Of a DNA stretch of 64,000 nt, positions 10,401 through 18,003 are shown piece by piece. The notes under the pieces were generated by a model. The model saw nothing but the letters and a program-made list of their open reading frames with translations, was not told the origin of the DNA and searched no databases. Every line of letters starts with the position of its first letter. Position 1 is the first letter of the stretch. Location: positions 18,514 through 82,513 of the forward strand of contig JAQBRI010000008.1 in NCBI GenBank assembly GCA_028286585.1, read 5' to 3'. Source of the stretch: Candidatus Kaiserbacteria bacterium (GTDB lineage: Bacteria; Patescibacteriota; Minisyncoccia; Phycocordibacterales; UBA2100). The translations under genes and the position numbers were made by a program.

Positions 10401-13040
10401 TGTTATGCAGCAAATGCCACATATGGAGCACAGAATGTATATGATACAAACACGAAAGGCGTTTGGCATCTCCAAGAAAATACTTCGGCTATAGGCGGGG
10501 TTAAGGACTCGACAGTCAATAGTCACAATGCAACGATGTACAGCAATTATTCAGCATTTGCAATCGGAACCTCTACTGGCAAGCTAGGATCTGCGGTAAC
10601 GTTTGATGGAATCGACGATACGATTGATGTGCCAGACAGCAGCGATTTTGAAGCAAACGCGATGACTATCGAATCGTGGGCATACTTCAACTCATTGCCA
10701 GGAACAAGGGGAGAGACTGCAGATCTTGTTGCCAAAAAACATGCTTCTTCACCTTGGTCTTCGTACGCATCATATGTATCTAGCCCAACTAACCGCGTGG
10801 ATGGTTCTTGGGCTGATGCAAGCGGAACGACAGCATACGCCGGAACGTCAGCTGGAGGAGGTGTAGCAACCAGTACCTGGACATACGCTGTATTGCGTCA
10901 TGATCCAGGAACTACAACTGCAGAGTTACAGGTACGTGCAAACGCATCGAGCGCAAATACATATACTGCAAATACTACTGGTACCACCTTTAATTCAAAT
11001 GATGTACTCCGATTTGGTGCAGACTATGCGGGAGGAAATAGACTTTCCGGGAGACTCGATGAAATTCGTATACATAACATCGCACTTAGTGATAATTATC
11101 TTTTGACGAGGTATAACAATATGAATTCGCCTTCGAATTTTTGGTCTGTCGGCAGCTCGACTCCATACTCGGCAACAACGTCATCGGTTTATACCGAAAC
11201 ATACACATACAACTTAATTGGTAACATACTTAACAAATCAAATGTTGGTGACTACACATACGCAGGTACCGGCTATGCTAATCCACACGCTGCTACAGCG
11301 ATTAGCGGTACTTCATACGCGTATGACCATAATGGAAACCTTACCTCTCAGGGCACAAAGAGCTACGCTTGGGATTTTAAAAATCAACTTACACAATCTG
11401 TCATAGGTGGTGCAACTACCACTTACGGCTACGACACTAACATGAATCGTGCTTTCCAAACAACTGGAAGTACAACTACGACATATCCAAGCATGTACTT
11501 CTCTTCTACCTATGCGACAAGTAGTACATCAACTTCTACAAAGAATATATTTGTAAATGGCGTACTATTGGCAACCGTTAATTCAACATCTGCAACAAGC
11601 TCGGGCACAGGTACCACAACTACCTATACGCTCTACAGCGATTCTCTCTCCTCCGGATGGGATGATTGGTCGTTTGGTACGACGAATGATTTTGCTGCAA
11701 CTACAACCGTTTATTCTGGTTCAAATTCACTAAAAGCTATCTATACAGGCGCCTGGGGCGGTGTGTATCTGCACAATACAGGCATCAGCACTGCATCTTC
11801 AACAGCACTGCATTTTGCGGTATTCTCGCCCGTTGCATCACCTTATCTCCAAGTACTTGCATATGGAGCAGGTGGCGGCGTCTTGGGCACGGCAGCTATA
11901 AGCGGCTATATTGCAGGAGGTTCAATATCTGCAAATACTTGGTATTCCGTAGATATCCCACTTACTGCACTTAGCGCCACTTCAACCACTGTCACTGGCT
12001 TTGCCTTCCAAAAAGACACTGCAGGCACTATTTACTACGACGACATTAAGCTGATCAATGGAAGCAGTACCGCTTCATCTGTCGTAACTACTACTCTAAG
12101 TTATATTCACCCGGATCTTCTAGGATCCACGAATGTAGTCACGGATGCGACGGCAAACGTGATACAAACACTTGATTACTATCCATACGGAGGAGTGAGA
12201 ATTAATACCGGAACAGACATAACTGCGAGAAAGTACATCGGACAATATCAGGATGCAACATCACTCGACTATCTTAACGCACGGTATTATGATTCAAGTA
12301 GAGGCCAGTTCTTGAGCGAGGATCCGGTGTTTTGGGATAAGCAGCAACTTGATGACCCGCAAAGTTTAAATAGCTATAGTTACGCAAATAATAATCCTGT
12401 ATTGCTACGAGATCCAAGTGGCAGAACACCAAAATGGTTGAATGACTCGGTAAATATTTATACTTTTGGTACTATGGATGCTGCGACAGATATTTGGGCA
12501 AGCAATGCATCAGTTGGCGATAAGGTAAGTGCAGGTTTTTTACTTGGAAATGTCGCGCTCGAAAATACATTACTTTTAGGGATAACGGCATTAAGTTTTG
12601 GTGGGGCTAGTGCACTTGTGCCAGAAGTAGCTGCTAATGGCGCATCATCACGTGCACAATTGCAATCAATACGAATGAGTGTGCAGGAAGAAGTAAATTC
12701 ACTACCAAGTCCTGCCACAGTTGCATCAAGAATAAACTCCGGAGAAGTAGAGCTTTCCAGCGGATTATATTCTCGACCATCAAATGCGACGACACCTGCA
12801 ATGAGACAGGGTGTTAATTATCCCAATGTTACTTGTTCAACATGTGGAAAAAGCGGTGTTCAAATGTATGCCGACCATACTCCAAGTTTAGTTACAGAAT
12901 ATTACACTACTGGTAAAATTGATTATTCTGCATTACGTTTGAGCGCTTCTGTAAGACCGCAATGTGCTTCCTGCTCAGTGCAGCAGGGTGCATTGCTTAG
13001 TTCATGGTCTAAGCAAATAAAAAATAATATTAATAAATGA
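4425..13040 (+). CDS. Giant Rhs/YD-repeat polymorphic toxin: signal/TM, S/T/P linker, SpvB-like, FG-GAP/VCBS, YD repeats, inserted Gly-rich, DUF2341/LamG-like and CBM-like domains, C-terminal HNH-like nuclease
   Basis: PRGINGLTPDVSL..GFGWAL (SpvB-like); DINGDGLLD repeats; YDxLxR repeats; Rhs core HPDLLGS..RYYDSSRGQFLSEDP..NNNPVLLRDPSG (DPSG at 12411-12422); tip CxxC..ADH..PQCxxC. Confidence 0.9.
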   Translation: MSYRTRYGSIRILQKGSLFSRFASIIVSATMLLSPFSALAQETPPTDTPSDTTTTAPTSDTTDSTDVPPSDSAASTPTDTTPPSSDNAASQPNLDAPTDESDVSSTAVSKKPISMTSSASIVANPSPQDTPYSNAMPRINVQKDKGSLSYGYDIKAPRGINGLTPDVSLGYLNNRRDEGSIVGFGWALSVPKISRVNKTGVENLYTSNTFTSSIDDELVQVGTSTKYVPRVDNGSYRYYVMATSSWTMYTKDGTVYTFGVLPESREASSTNIATWYVSTSTDSRGNAISYRYTNTNNIVYPDYITYATEGGAPGFKIQFTLQTRTDPITLYKNGFSQSITQRISQIDVYVGSAIRDSYLLGYTSGVNGVRSLLSSITEQATSKEGTVTTLPATFFAYNGALTWQAGTSAPYINIVYGQVFPSGLPGIQKFVDSNSDGINEIRAEYFSNTFTNYITYFDTETNTTKNANSFSGNSLSIGSTGNMNSFPGLGYTPSEGVADGSLIDTRGNFQPDYIHAQVIDASCTGTGTQHFNGGLFLNTGSSAVSNTSSPTSTSPILSLYSCNGGTIRGGGMWGDINGDGLLDVAQNNYNIVAGGFLGAYGIYPNSATYTNNSHGGFTYQSQWESPHLSGFYDPSGPVPYDTQLVDLNNDGLVDFYSINNTSSLNFSAYLNNGQGFSSASSSWNYATGGATSPFDDGVRMMDINGDDLPDIVRSYHVDHQYAGTFASTPPWVSGGSVNEVYVNTGDGFVASSSTVPVTFASYVGGSTSCPTCSYTWNNDFALNNYADTDGDGLVDLGTRSVPKKADMLAVITSTTGASTTISYTPTPQEIQSGAMLNPNLPIIIYTPTEIKTTDNSGVLSDTTYSYTNGLMYYASSTDKTFAGFKSVTETSGNHAITTYYSQGNTNDSSLGEQNDQYALIGKPYRQDVANLSGNILQKTWYRYVATQPNSNNYLVLPSDTIVQSFDVSSNHRERATHYVYDLSGNPVDVTDYGEVAAADSVMSSYSDTGSDLSRTHFEYATSTATSSVPNITTSYISRATQYNQAGIQISDTKHLYDNLAYGLVQRGNETQTPQWIFGSTYATSTQSYNAYGLIISKSDPKFSTTTIAYDSNNLYPATTTNALNQSTLYTYDVRFGLVIKSVDPNGLVASTSYDGLGRPLEIDGQDASSTIVKLLSYNYNDATSSLSMQKITWLNGALSIPVYSYKDGLGRTIQTATQAAVSQWIMQDTTYDSNGRVYRQSLPYFNSTSSKTAATSTAYLYSTTTYDALDRPATTTNAIGFSTILYGTWNSKVTDANGHIKDYIKDARGNLAQVVEHGTSIGTTTYEYDGKNNLATTTDAMGNIRHFTYDGLNRLTLSEDLHSATDTSFGSYSYAYDLANNLTSKITPNGLTISSTYDVLNRQLTEDATTTSNIDSTYTYDSCTNGIGRLCSASSTSAKITNSYYLPGFIASSTTTIKGINYLLSYLYDRQGNQISITYPDNSQVMYSYDDGGLISRVQHAEVGSALSDVISNISYAPINQPAIISYANGATTTKTYDPASLYRLTRIFTTASTTITTVSTSTLGTSTVNILVVGGGGGGGNVSGQGAGGGGAGGYQAYSSFILSPQTYTVTVGAGGSAGSNGGNSIFDSITAIGGGAGGFSNGGNGAAGGSGGGGGGAGSTGGAGTAGQGHFGGNNGSFSGGSSGGGATGVGTDSGSQNGATGAAGTASSISGTSVTYAGGGGGGGGAAPSSGPGGAGGAGGGGAGGVGGFGGYGIAGTANTGGGGGGGGATNANPGGAGGSGIVVISYPTANASLFTCSASTTTSGSNSICKFTSSGTFRMATTTATTTIVTTYIGAPLQDLNYTYDAVGNITRFLDNSITGTAKDVAYTYDNLNRLTQAQITTATSTAGSWYNSSWNYRIPINASSTKVSEDTHDVYLDLSLLPSTFQSNVKSDGCDIRMTKSDGTTELAIDLVRYGSGTGELHFSTGNGLSTSTATTYYLYYGNGGASCYAANATYGAQNVYDTNTKGVWHLQENTSAIGGVKDSTVNSHNATMYSNYSAFAIGTSTGKLGSAVTFDGIDDTIDVPDSSDFEANAMTIESWAYFNSLPGTRGETADLVAKKHASSPWSSYASYVSSPTNRVDGSWADASGTTAYAGTSAGGGVATSTWTYAVLRHDPGTTTAELQVRANASSANTYTANTTGTTFNSNDVLRFGADYAGGNRLSGRLDEIRIHNIALSDNYLLTRYNNMNSPSNFWSVGSSTPYSATTSSVYTETYTYNLIGNILNKSNVGDYTYAGTGYANPHAATAISGTSYAYDHNGNLTSQGTKSYAWDFKNQLTQSVIGGATTTYGYDTNMNRAFQTTGSTTTTYPSMYFSSTYATSSTSTSTKNIFVNGVLLATVNSTSATSSGTGTTTTYTLYSDSLSSGWDDWSFGTTNDFAATTTVYSGSNSLKAIYTGAWGGVYLHNTGISTASSTALHFAVFSPVASPYLQVLAYGAGGGVLGTAAISGYIAGGSISANTWYSVDIPLTALSATSTTVTGFAFQKDTAGTIYYDDIKLINGSSTASSVVTTTLSYIHPDLLGSTNVVTDATANVIQTLDYYPYGGVRINTGTDITARKYIGQYQDATSLDYLNARYYDSSRGQFLSEDPVFWDKQQLDDPQSLNSYSYANNNPVLLRDPSGRTPKWLNDSVNIYTFGTMDAATDIWASNASVGDKVSAGFLLGNVALENTLLLGITALSFGGASALVPEVAANGASSRAQLQSIRMSVQEEVNSLPSPATVASRINSGEVELSSGLYSRPSNATTPAMRQGVNYPNVTCSTCGKSGVQMYADHTPSLVTEYYTTGKIDYSALRLSASVRPQCASCSVQQGALLSSWSKQIKNNINK

Positions 13041-13402
13041 GTATGAACCAAAATATATTAAATGAACAGCAAGATATTGTGATTAAGGTGCGGACAACTC
13101 TTGTGCCGTGCGAACCCCAGTCTATGATTGGGGTCGATGAGGGTATATCGAAAAAAATATATCCAATTAATGGTTTAAGACATCCAGTGAATGGTGGTGG
13201 TTCGGGTTGGTTTATTTGGTCCAGTGTAAAAGAAATTCCTCAAGATAATCCAAATTTTTTTAAACCTACACATGCACAGCATATTTATGAATCTTACCCA
13301 TTAATTTCTAAATATCTCGGTCTTCCACCCGGATGGCGCTTTTTAATTGATGACAAGGGGTATGAGGATATTTGGTACGATGCGTCTTTGTTTGAAGTTT
13401 AA
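13037..13402 (+). CDS. Putative immunity protein (Imm33/DUF2185-like)
   Basis: Start overlaps the Rhs stop; INGLRHP..SGWFIWS..YLGLPPGWRFL..YEDIWYD pattern. Confidence 0.72.
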   Translation: MSMNQNILNEQQDIVIKVRTTLVPCEPQSMIGVDEGISKKIYPINGLRHPVNGGGSGWFIWSSVKEIPQDNPNFFKPTHAQHIYESYPLISKYLGLPPGWRFLIDDKGYEDIWYDASLFEV

Positions 13403-13560
13403 CGGTCCTGTTTGGAATGATACTGTCAGGTACTATTTAAATCAAAATTTTTTGTAAAATAATCATATGTCTCGTGACCACGTTTTTCATGCAAATTAAA
13501 TCTAATATCACTTTCCCTGATTAATATGATCAAAAAAATTTCATTCAAAGCTGTAATTAT

Positions 13561-13632
13561 TGCAAATAATGGGGTCAGCCACGATTTATTAAGACATGCA
13601 AATAATGGGGTCAGCCACGATTTATTAAGACA
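13561..13632 (+). repeat. Perfect 2 x 36-bp tandem repeat containing the GGGGTCAGCCACG motif
   Basis: TGCAAATAATGGGGTCAGCCACGATTTATTAAGACA at 13561-13596 and 13597-13632. Confidence 0.97.
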
Positions 13633-13640
13633 AAAATAAT

Positions 13641-13805
13641 ATGAATTCAATTACATTCAGTACTGAAGAATTGATAATTATTAGTGCCGCAATCAGAGAG
13701 ACCTTAGAAGAGCTTGATATCAATGAATTTCAAACTAGAACAGGATTTAATCCGGATAAGTTTGAAGAGTTATACAAAAAAATCGACGAGTGTATCCAGG
13801 GTTAA
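13641..13805 (+). CDS. Small acidic protein (54 aa), candidate orphan immunity protein; absent from the ORF track
   Basis: MNSITFSTEELIIISAAIRETLEELDINEFQTRTGFNPDKFEELYKKIDECIQG*, lying between repeat copies. Confidence 0.6.
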   Translation: MNSITFSTEELIIISAAIRETLEELDINEFQTRTGFNPDKFEELYKKIDECIQG

Positions 13806-13831
13806 ATGCAAGATGTTCTGGAATAATGCAA

Positions 13832-14593
13832 TAAATGGGGTCAGCCACGGTTTAATTATTGAATAACCTAAAAATGGTATCAATAATTAATGTTACAATT
13901 TCTGTATATGGCACGGGGCGCCAGAGTAGATGTTGGGGGATACATATATCACGTACTCAATCGAGCAAATGCACGATTGCAGATTTTTGATTGCCGAAAA
14001 GATTATCTTCAATTTGAGTCTATTCTCGAGGAAGCAGTTGAGAAATTTGGAATACATCTTCTCGCGTATTGCATAATGCCAAATCACTGGCATTTGGTTA
14101 TTAAAACCGTAGAAGATAGAGATTTACAGAAGTTCATGTGCTGGCTTTCAAATACGCACACGAGGCGTTTTCATGGTGCAAAGCGTACCATCGGCCACGG
14201 TCATTTGTATCAAGGGCGATATAAATCTTTTCTATGCGAAGAAGATCAGCATTTCCTTACTCTCATGCGCTATGTAGAGCGCAACGCAAAGAAGGCAAAT
14301 ATTGTTCCTCTAGCTGAAGATTGGGAATGGTCCAGTGTATGGAGGCGTGAAAGAGGAACCCAAAAGCAAAGAGCACTTCTTACACCACCTCCGGTGCCGC
14401 TCCCTACACAGTATCTTGTGTGGCTCAATGAGCCACAAACAGAATCAGAAGAAATTGCACTAGAGCATGCAATAGAAAAAAACGTACCCTTTGGTACACT
14501 GAATTGGGTCGGGACAATTATTAATACATTTGGTATGCAGCAAACACAAAGAGGAGCTGGAAGACCGAGGATTAATCGTGGCTGACCCCATTT
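13832..14593 (+). mobile_element. RAYT-type transposase gene enclosed by inverted GGGGTCAGCCACG repeats
   Basis: AAATGGGGTCAGCCACG at 13833-13849 and its reverse complement at 14577-14593; the right copy supplies the TGA stop. Confidence 0.8.
13908..14585 (+). CDS. REP-associated tyrosine transposase-like (Y1 HUH, IS200 superfamily)
   Basis: YHVLNR, MPNHWHL (HUH), YVERN (catalytic Tyr), WEWSS and C-terminal GRP motifs. Confidence 0.9.
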   Translation: MARGARVDVGGYIYHVLNRANARLQIFDCRKDYLQFESILEEAVEKFGIHLLAYCIMPNHWHLVIKTVEDRDLQKFMCWLSNTHTRRFHGAKRTIGHGHLYQGRYKSFLCEEDQHFLTLMRYVERNAKKANIVPLAEDWEWSSVWRRERGTQKQRALLTPPPVPLPTQYLVWLNEPQTESEEIALEHAIEKNVPFGTLNWVGTIINTFGMQQTQRGAGRPRINRG

Positions 14594-14630
14594 CCTCACA
14601 GATAAATCTTCAAAAAAAGACTAAAATATT

Positions 14631-14888
14631 ATGAAAAATTTTTTCTTTGGAATTGCTTGCGGAATTATTATTGAAGCACTTAGTGCTTTACCAGTATATC
14701 GATTCGTACAAAGTTTTTATAGTAACTATGTCGATCCCGCACCTTATTTACTTGAGTATCCTGCAATAATACTCATATTTATTGGAATATACCTGCTTTT
14801 AAAGAAGCAATATATAATCCTTGGAGGTATGATTGCCGGTTTTATAGGTAGTTTATTGATACTAGCGTTTCTGCTTAGCGGCGCATAA
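14631..14888 (+). CDS. Small multi-pass membrane protein (85 aa), hypothetical
   Basis: About three hydrophobic segments; AT-rich; bounded by repeats. Confidence 0.6.
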   Translation: MKNFFFGIACGIIIEALSALPVYRFVQSFYSNYVDPAPYLLEYPAIILIFIGIYLLLKKQYIILGGMIAGFIGSLLILAFLLSGA

Positions 14889-14899
14889 AAGTGAAAATT

Positions 14900-14990
14900 G
14901 GGATCAGCCACCATTTTATACTTTTCTTCTAATAAAGGGGACAGGCACAATTAATTTTAGAAAACTATGACAATAAATATGCCTGTCCTT
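14900..14990. repeat. Three variant copies of the RAYT-associated motif
   Basis: GGGATCAGCCAC 14900-14911, GGGGACAGGCAC 14937-14948, inverted ATGCCTGTCCTT 14979-14990. Confidence 0.75.
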
Positions 14991-15003
14991 ATTTTCTTAT
15001 CGT

Positions 15004-15330
15004 ATGAATAAAAATCAAATAAGATTAGTTATTGCAAATGATTTGAGAGGCAGGGCGCATGTAGATCGTTTTAGACAAAAGCAAGATTTAGCTGAAAAAT
15101 TTAATATTGATGCCGGTGATGTGCATAATCAAATTCATCAAATGATGGACTTGGGACAAGTGGTGTCATTAAATGAGCACGAAATACGACTTTCAGTGGA
15201 CGGTGAGAGATTTTATTTCTCGGGCAAGACTGAAAAGATTTCAGAATTCTTTAAAGAGAATTGGCCACATATAACTTCGAATACAATTGCTATTTTAGCA
15301 CTTCTTATATCAATCTTCTTAAAAAGATAA
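15004..15330 (+). CDS. Hypothetical protein (108 aa) with possible winged-helix N-terminus and C-terminal TM
   Basis: Soluble helical N-part ending in IAILALLISIFLKR; bounded by repeats. Confidence 0.6.
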   Translation: MNKNQIRLVIANDLRGRAHVDRFRQKQDLAEKFNIDAGDVHNQIHQMMDLGQVVSLNEHEIRLSVDGERFYFSGKTEKISEFFKENWPHITSNTIAILALLISIFLKR

Positions 15331-15373
15331 TTTTGATTCTTATTCCTGAAACCAAAAAATTAGAAAGGTGATA

Positions 15374-15405
15374 ATGGGGTCAGCCACGATTTAATTACTG
15401 AATAA
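15374..15405 (+). repeat. Copy of the RAYT-associated motif
   Basis: ATGGGGTCAGCCACGATTTAATTACTGAATAA, 2 mismatches to 13835-13866. Confidence 0.9.
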
Positions 15406-15449
15406 AATAGTATCCGGTTCTTATAAGTTAGTGAATTTAAATATAATAT

Positions 15450-15600
15450 ATAGAGAAGGCGCGGCACCTCGAGAATGCCGCGCTCCCGAGTCATGTCCGA
15501 TATTCTGGACAGACCCGTCTTGGTCATGAGAGTAGTGACGGGGGAGGCTTGGCTTTGAACCCAATCCGATCACTTACGCAGGACGACCAATGCAAATCTG
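15450..15600 (-). ncRNA. Candidate structured small RNA (~150 nt)
   Basis: TTGACA-N17-TATAGT promoter (15634-15606), GC-rich hairpins, terminal GCGCGGCA/TGCCGCGC stem 15459-15483. Confidence 0.45.
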
Positions 15601-15670
15601 GCTAAACTATAGAGAATTCAGTACATTATGTCAACTATGAGCATCCTAAAATTGCGCTACAATAAGCGGT

Positions 15671-16924
15671 ATGAAGCAATCACAGCTATTCACCCGTACC
15701 AGAAAGGATGCCCCAAAAGATGAAGTTTCAAAGAATGCACAGCTCCTGATTCGTGCCGGATATATTCATAAAGAGATGGCAGGTGTGTATTCGTATCTAC
15801 CACTTGGACTCAGAGTGTTTAATAATATTATTAAGATCATTCGTGAAGAGATGAATGCAATCGGTGGTCAGGAAATCACGATGACCACATTACAATCACC
15901 AAAAGTCTGGGAACAGACAGGACGCTGGAATGATGAGGTTATTGATGTGTGGTTTAAGACTGCGCTAAAAGATGGCGCCGAAGTTGGTCTTGGAGTAACA
16001 CACGAAGAGCCACTCACAGCACTTATGACTGAATACATTCAGTCACATAAGGATCTGCCTGTGTACGTATATCAGTTCCAAACCAAATTTCGTAATGAAA
16101 CCCGTGCAAAAAGCGGCATTATGCGAACACGAGAATTTGTGATGAAGGACATGTATTCGTTTAGTAAGTCCCAAGAAGAATTCAAAATATTTTATGAAAA
16201 GTGCGCAGCAGCATACAAAACAATCTTTGAAAGAGTAGGGCTTGGTAACCATACGTTTCGGACTTTTGCCTCGGGTGGGTCATTTTCAAAGTTTAGCGAT
16301 GAATTTCAAACAATCTGTGAAGCAGGAGAAGATACAATTTATATCCACCGAGCAAAGAACATCGCAATAAATAAGGAGGTCTACAACGAAGAAACTGTCA
16401 AAGATCTAGGTGTTACCATGGAAGAATTTGATCAGGCAAAAGCAGTCGAGGTGGGAAATATCTTTCCACTCGGAACCCGGTTTTCGGATGTGCTTGATTT
16501 AAATTATAAGGATGAGACCGGAAAGGCAATTCCTGTTGTCATGGGTTCGTATGGCATTGGTCCTGCAAGACTTATGGGTACCATTGTTGAGGTATTGTCC
16601 GACGAAAAGGGTATTGTATGGCCAAAAGAGGTTGCGCCATTTGCAGTACATCTTGTTTCGCTTGCGGGAGATAATGTCGACGTCAAAAAGGAGGCAGATC
16701 GCATGTATGAACTTTTGACAGAGAATGGCATCGAAGCTCTCTATGATGATCGGGATCTTCGTGCGGGAGAAAAATTTGCAGACAGTGATTTGATAGGTAT
16801 CCCGCTTCGAATGATCGTTTCCGAAAAGTCGATGGCTGCTGGTAATGTCGAAATAATAAATCGTGCCGACGGAAGCGTGCAGCGCATTGCAGAAAGTAAA
16901 ATAATAGAATTTTTGAAAGGCTAA
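15671..16924 (+). CDS. proS: Proline--tRNA ligase (short form without editing domain)
   Basis: MKQSQLF, THEE, QTKFRNE, REFVMKDMYS and MGSYGIG motifs. Confidence 0.96.
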   Translation: MKQSQLFTRTRKDAPKDEVSKNAQLLIRAGYIHKEMAGVYSYLPLGLRVFNNIIKIIREEMNAIGGQEITMTTLQSPKVWEQTGRWNDEVIDVWFKTALKDGAEVGLGVTHEEPLTALMTEYIQSHKDLPVYVYQFQTKFRNETRAKSGIMRTREFVMKDMYSFSKSQEEFKIFYEKCAAAYKTIFERVGLGNHTFRTFASGGSFSKFSDEFQTICEAGEDTIYIHRAKNIAINKEVYNEETVKDLGVTMEEFDQAKAVEVGNIFPLGTRFSDVLDLNYKDETGKAIPVVMGSYGIGPARLMGTIVEVLSDEKGIVWPKEVAPFAVHLVSLAGDNVDVKKEADRMYELLTENGIEALYDDRDLRAGEKFADSDLIGIPLRMIVSEKSMAAGNVEIINRADGSVQRIAESKIIEFLKG

Positions 16925-16927
16925 TGT

Positions 16928-18001
16928 ATGTTGTGGTTTCAAAAAATGAGGCGCCGGATCATGAGTATGCTTTCCAATGATTTGGGAATTGATCTTGGTA
17001 CTGCAAATACGCTCGTGTATGTAAAAGGTAAAGGCATTGTCATCAATGAGCCATCAATCGTCGCACTGAACCAAAAAACGGGATCTTTTGTAGCTGTGGG
17101 AGCGCAGGCAAAGGATATGCTTGGCCGCACACCGGCACACATTATTGCAGTACGTCCTATTGTTGACGGAGTTATATCAGACTTTGAGGTAACGGCAGAA
17201 ATGCTTGCGTACCTTATTAACAAGGCGCAAAAAACATCACCAAAAATGTTTGGTCCTCGTGTTGTGGTTGGTGTTCCGTCTGGAATTACCTCTGTCGAAG
17301 CTCGTGCAGTGCGCGACGCAGCACGCGCAGCAGGCGCTCTCGAAGTCCACATTGTCGAAGAGCCAATGGCAGCTGCTATTGGTATCGAGTTGCCGATCCA
17401 TGATCCTTCTGGAAGTATGGTCATTGATATCGGTGGCGGTACAACTGATGTGGGTATCACGGCTTTGGGCGGTTTGGTTCGGGCACGAAATATTCGGATT
17501 GCAGGAGACAGATTTAATTCCGATATCGTGAGCCATGTGCGCAATGAATTCAAACTTCTTATTGGAGACAAAACCGCTGAAGAAACCAAGATTGCGACGG
17601 CATCTGTTATTGCTTCCAAGCTGCCAATCGAATGGAAAGTGCGCGGACGCGACTTGGTCACAGGATTGCCGCGCGAAATTATTATCACTGATCAAGATGT
17701 TCGAAACGCAATCGCGCATTCTATGGAAGAGCTTGTAGAACAAATCAGAGAAGTGCTCGAATCGGCGCCTCCTGAGATTGTTTCTGATGTGCTGCAGCGG
17801 GGAGTGTTGCTGGCCGGAGGCGGAGCACTTATTCGCGGCATGCCGGAATTTTTGTCGGATGCTTTGGGGGGACTCGAGGTACGCGTTGCTTCGGAACCTC
17901 TTACAGCTGTTGTGCGCGGTACCGCCGCTATTTTGGATGATTTGGAATTGTACGAGGATTCGTTGTTGCATGCCGACGACGAACTGGTGCCGACTGAGTA
18001 A
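16928..18001 (+). CDS. mreB: MreB (operon paralog; true start may be 16961 or 16967)
   Basis: GIDLGTANT, DIGGGTTD and AGGGAL motifs; directly upstream of mreC. Confidence 0.95.
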   Translation: MLWFQKMRRRIMSMLSNDLGIDLGTANTLVYVKGKGIVINEPSIVALNQKTGSFVAVGAQAKDMLGRTPAHIIAVRPIVDGVISDFEVTAEMLAYLINKAQKTSPKMFGPRVVVGVPSGITSVEARAVRDAARAAGALEVHIVEEPMAAAIGIELPIHDPSGSMVIDIGGGTTDVGITALGGLVRARNIRIAGDRFNSDIVSHVRNEFKLLIGDKTAEETKIATASVIASKLPIEWKVRGRDLVTGLPREIIITDQDVRNAIAHSMEELVEQIREVLESAPPEIVSDVLQRGVLLAGGGALIRGMPEFLSDALGGLEVRVASEPLTAVVRGTAAILDDLELYEDSLLHADDELVPTE

Positions 18002-18003
18002 TC

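Noticed and set aside
4425-13040. Complete Tc (ABC) insecticidal toxin complex or T6SS effector locus
   Set aside because: No TcA, VgrG or PAAR component in the window, and the protein has its own signal-like leader
13561-13632. 36-bp repeats as a CRISPR array
   Set aside because: Units are adjacent with no spacer, other copies are irregularly spaced and in both orientations, and no cas genes are present
13426-13650. 74-aa minus-strand ORF with duplicated CLNKSWLTPLFA
   Set aside because: The duplication is the 36-bp tandem repeat; at most 13426-13560 is a gene remnant
16939-17971. Long antisense ORFs over mreB (likewise over ftsZ, clpB, iscS, infB, rel)
   Set aside because: Shadow frames of well-conserved genes with no motifs of their own
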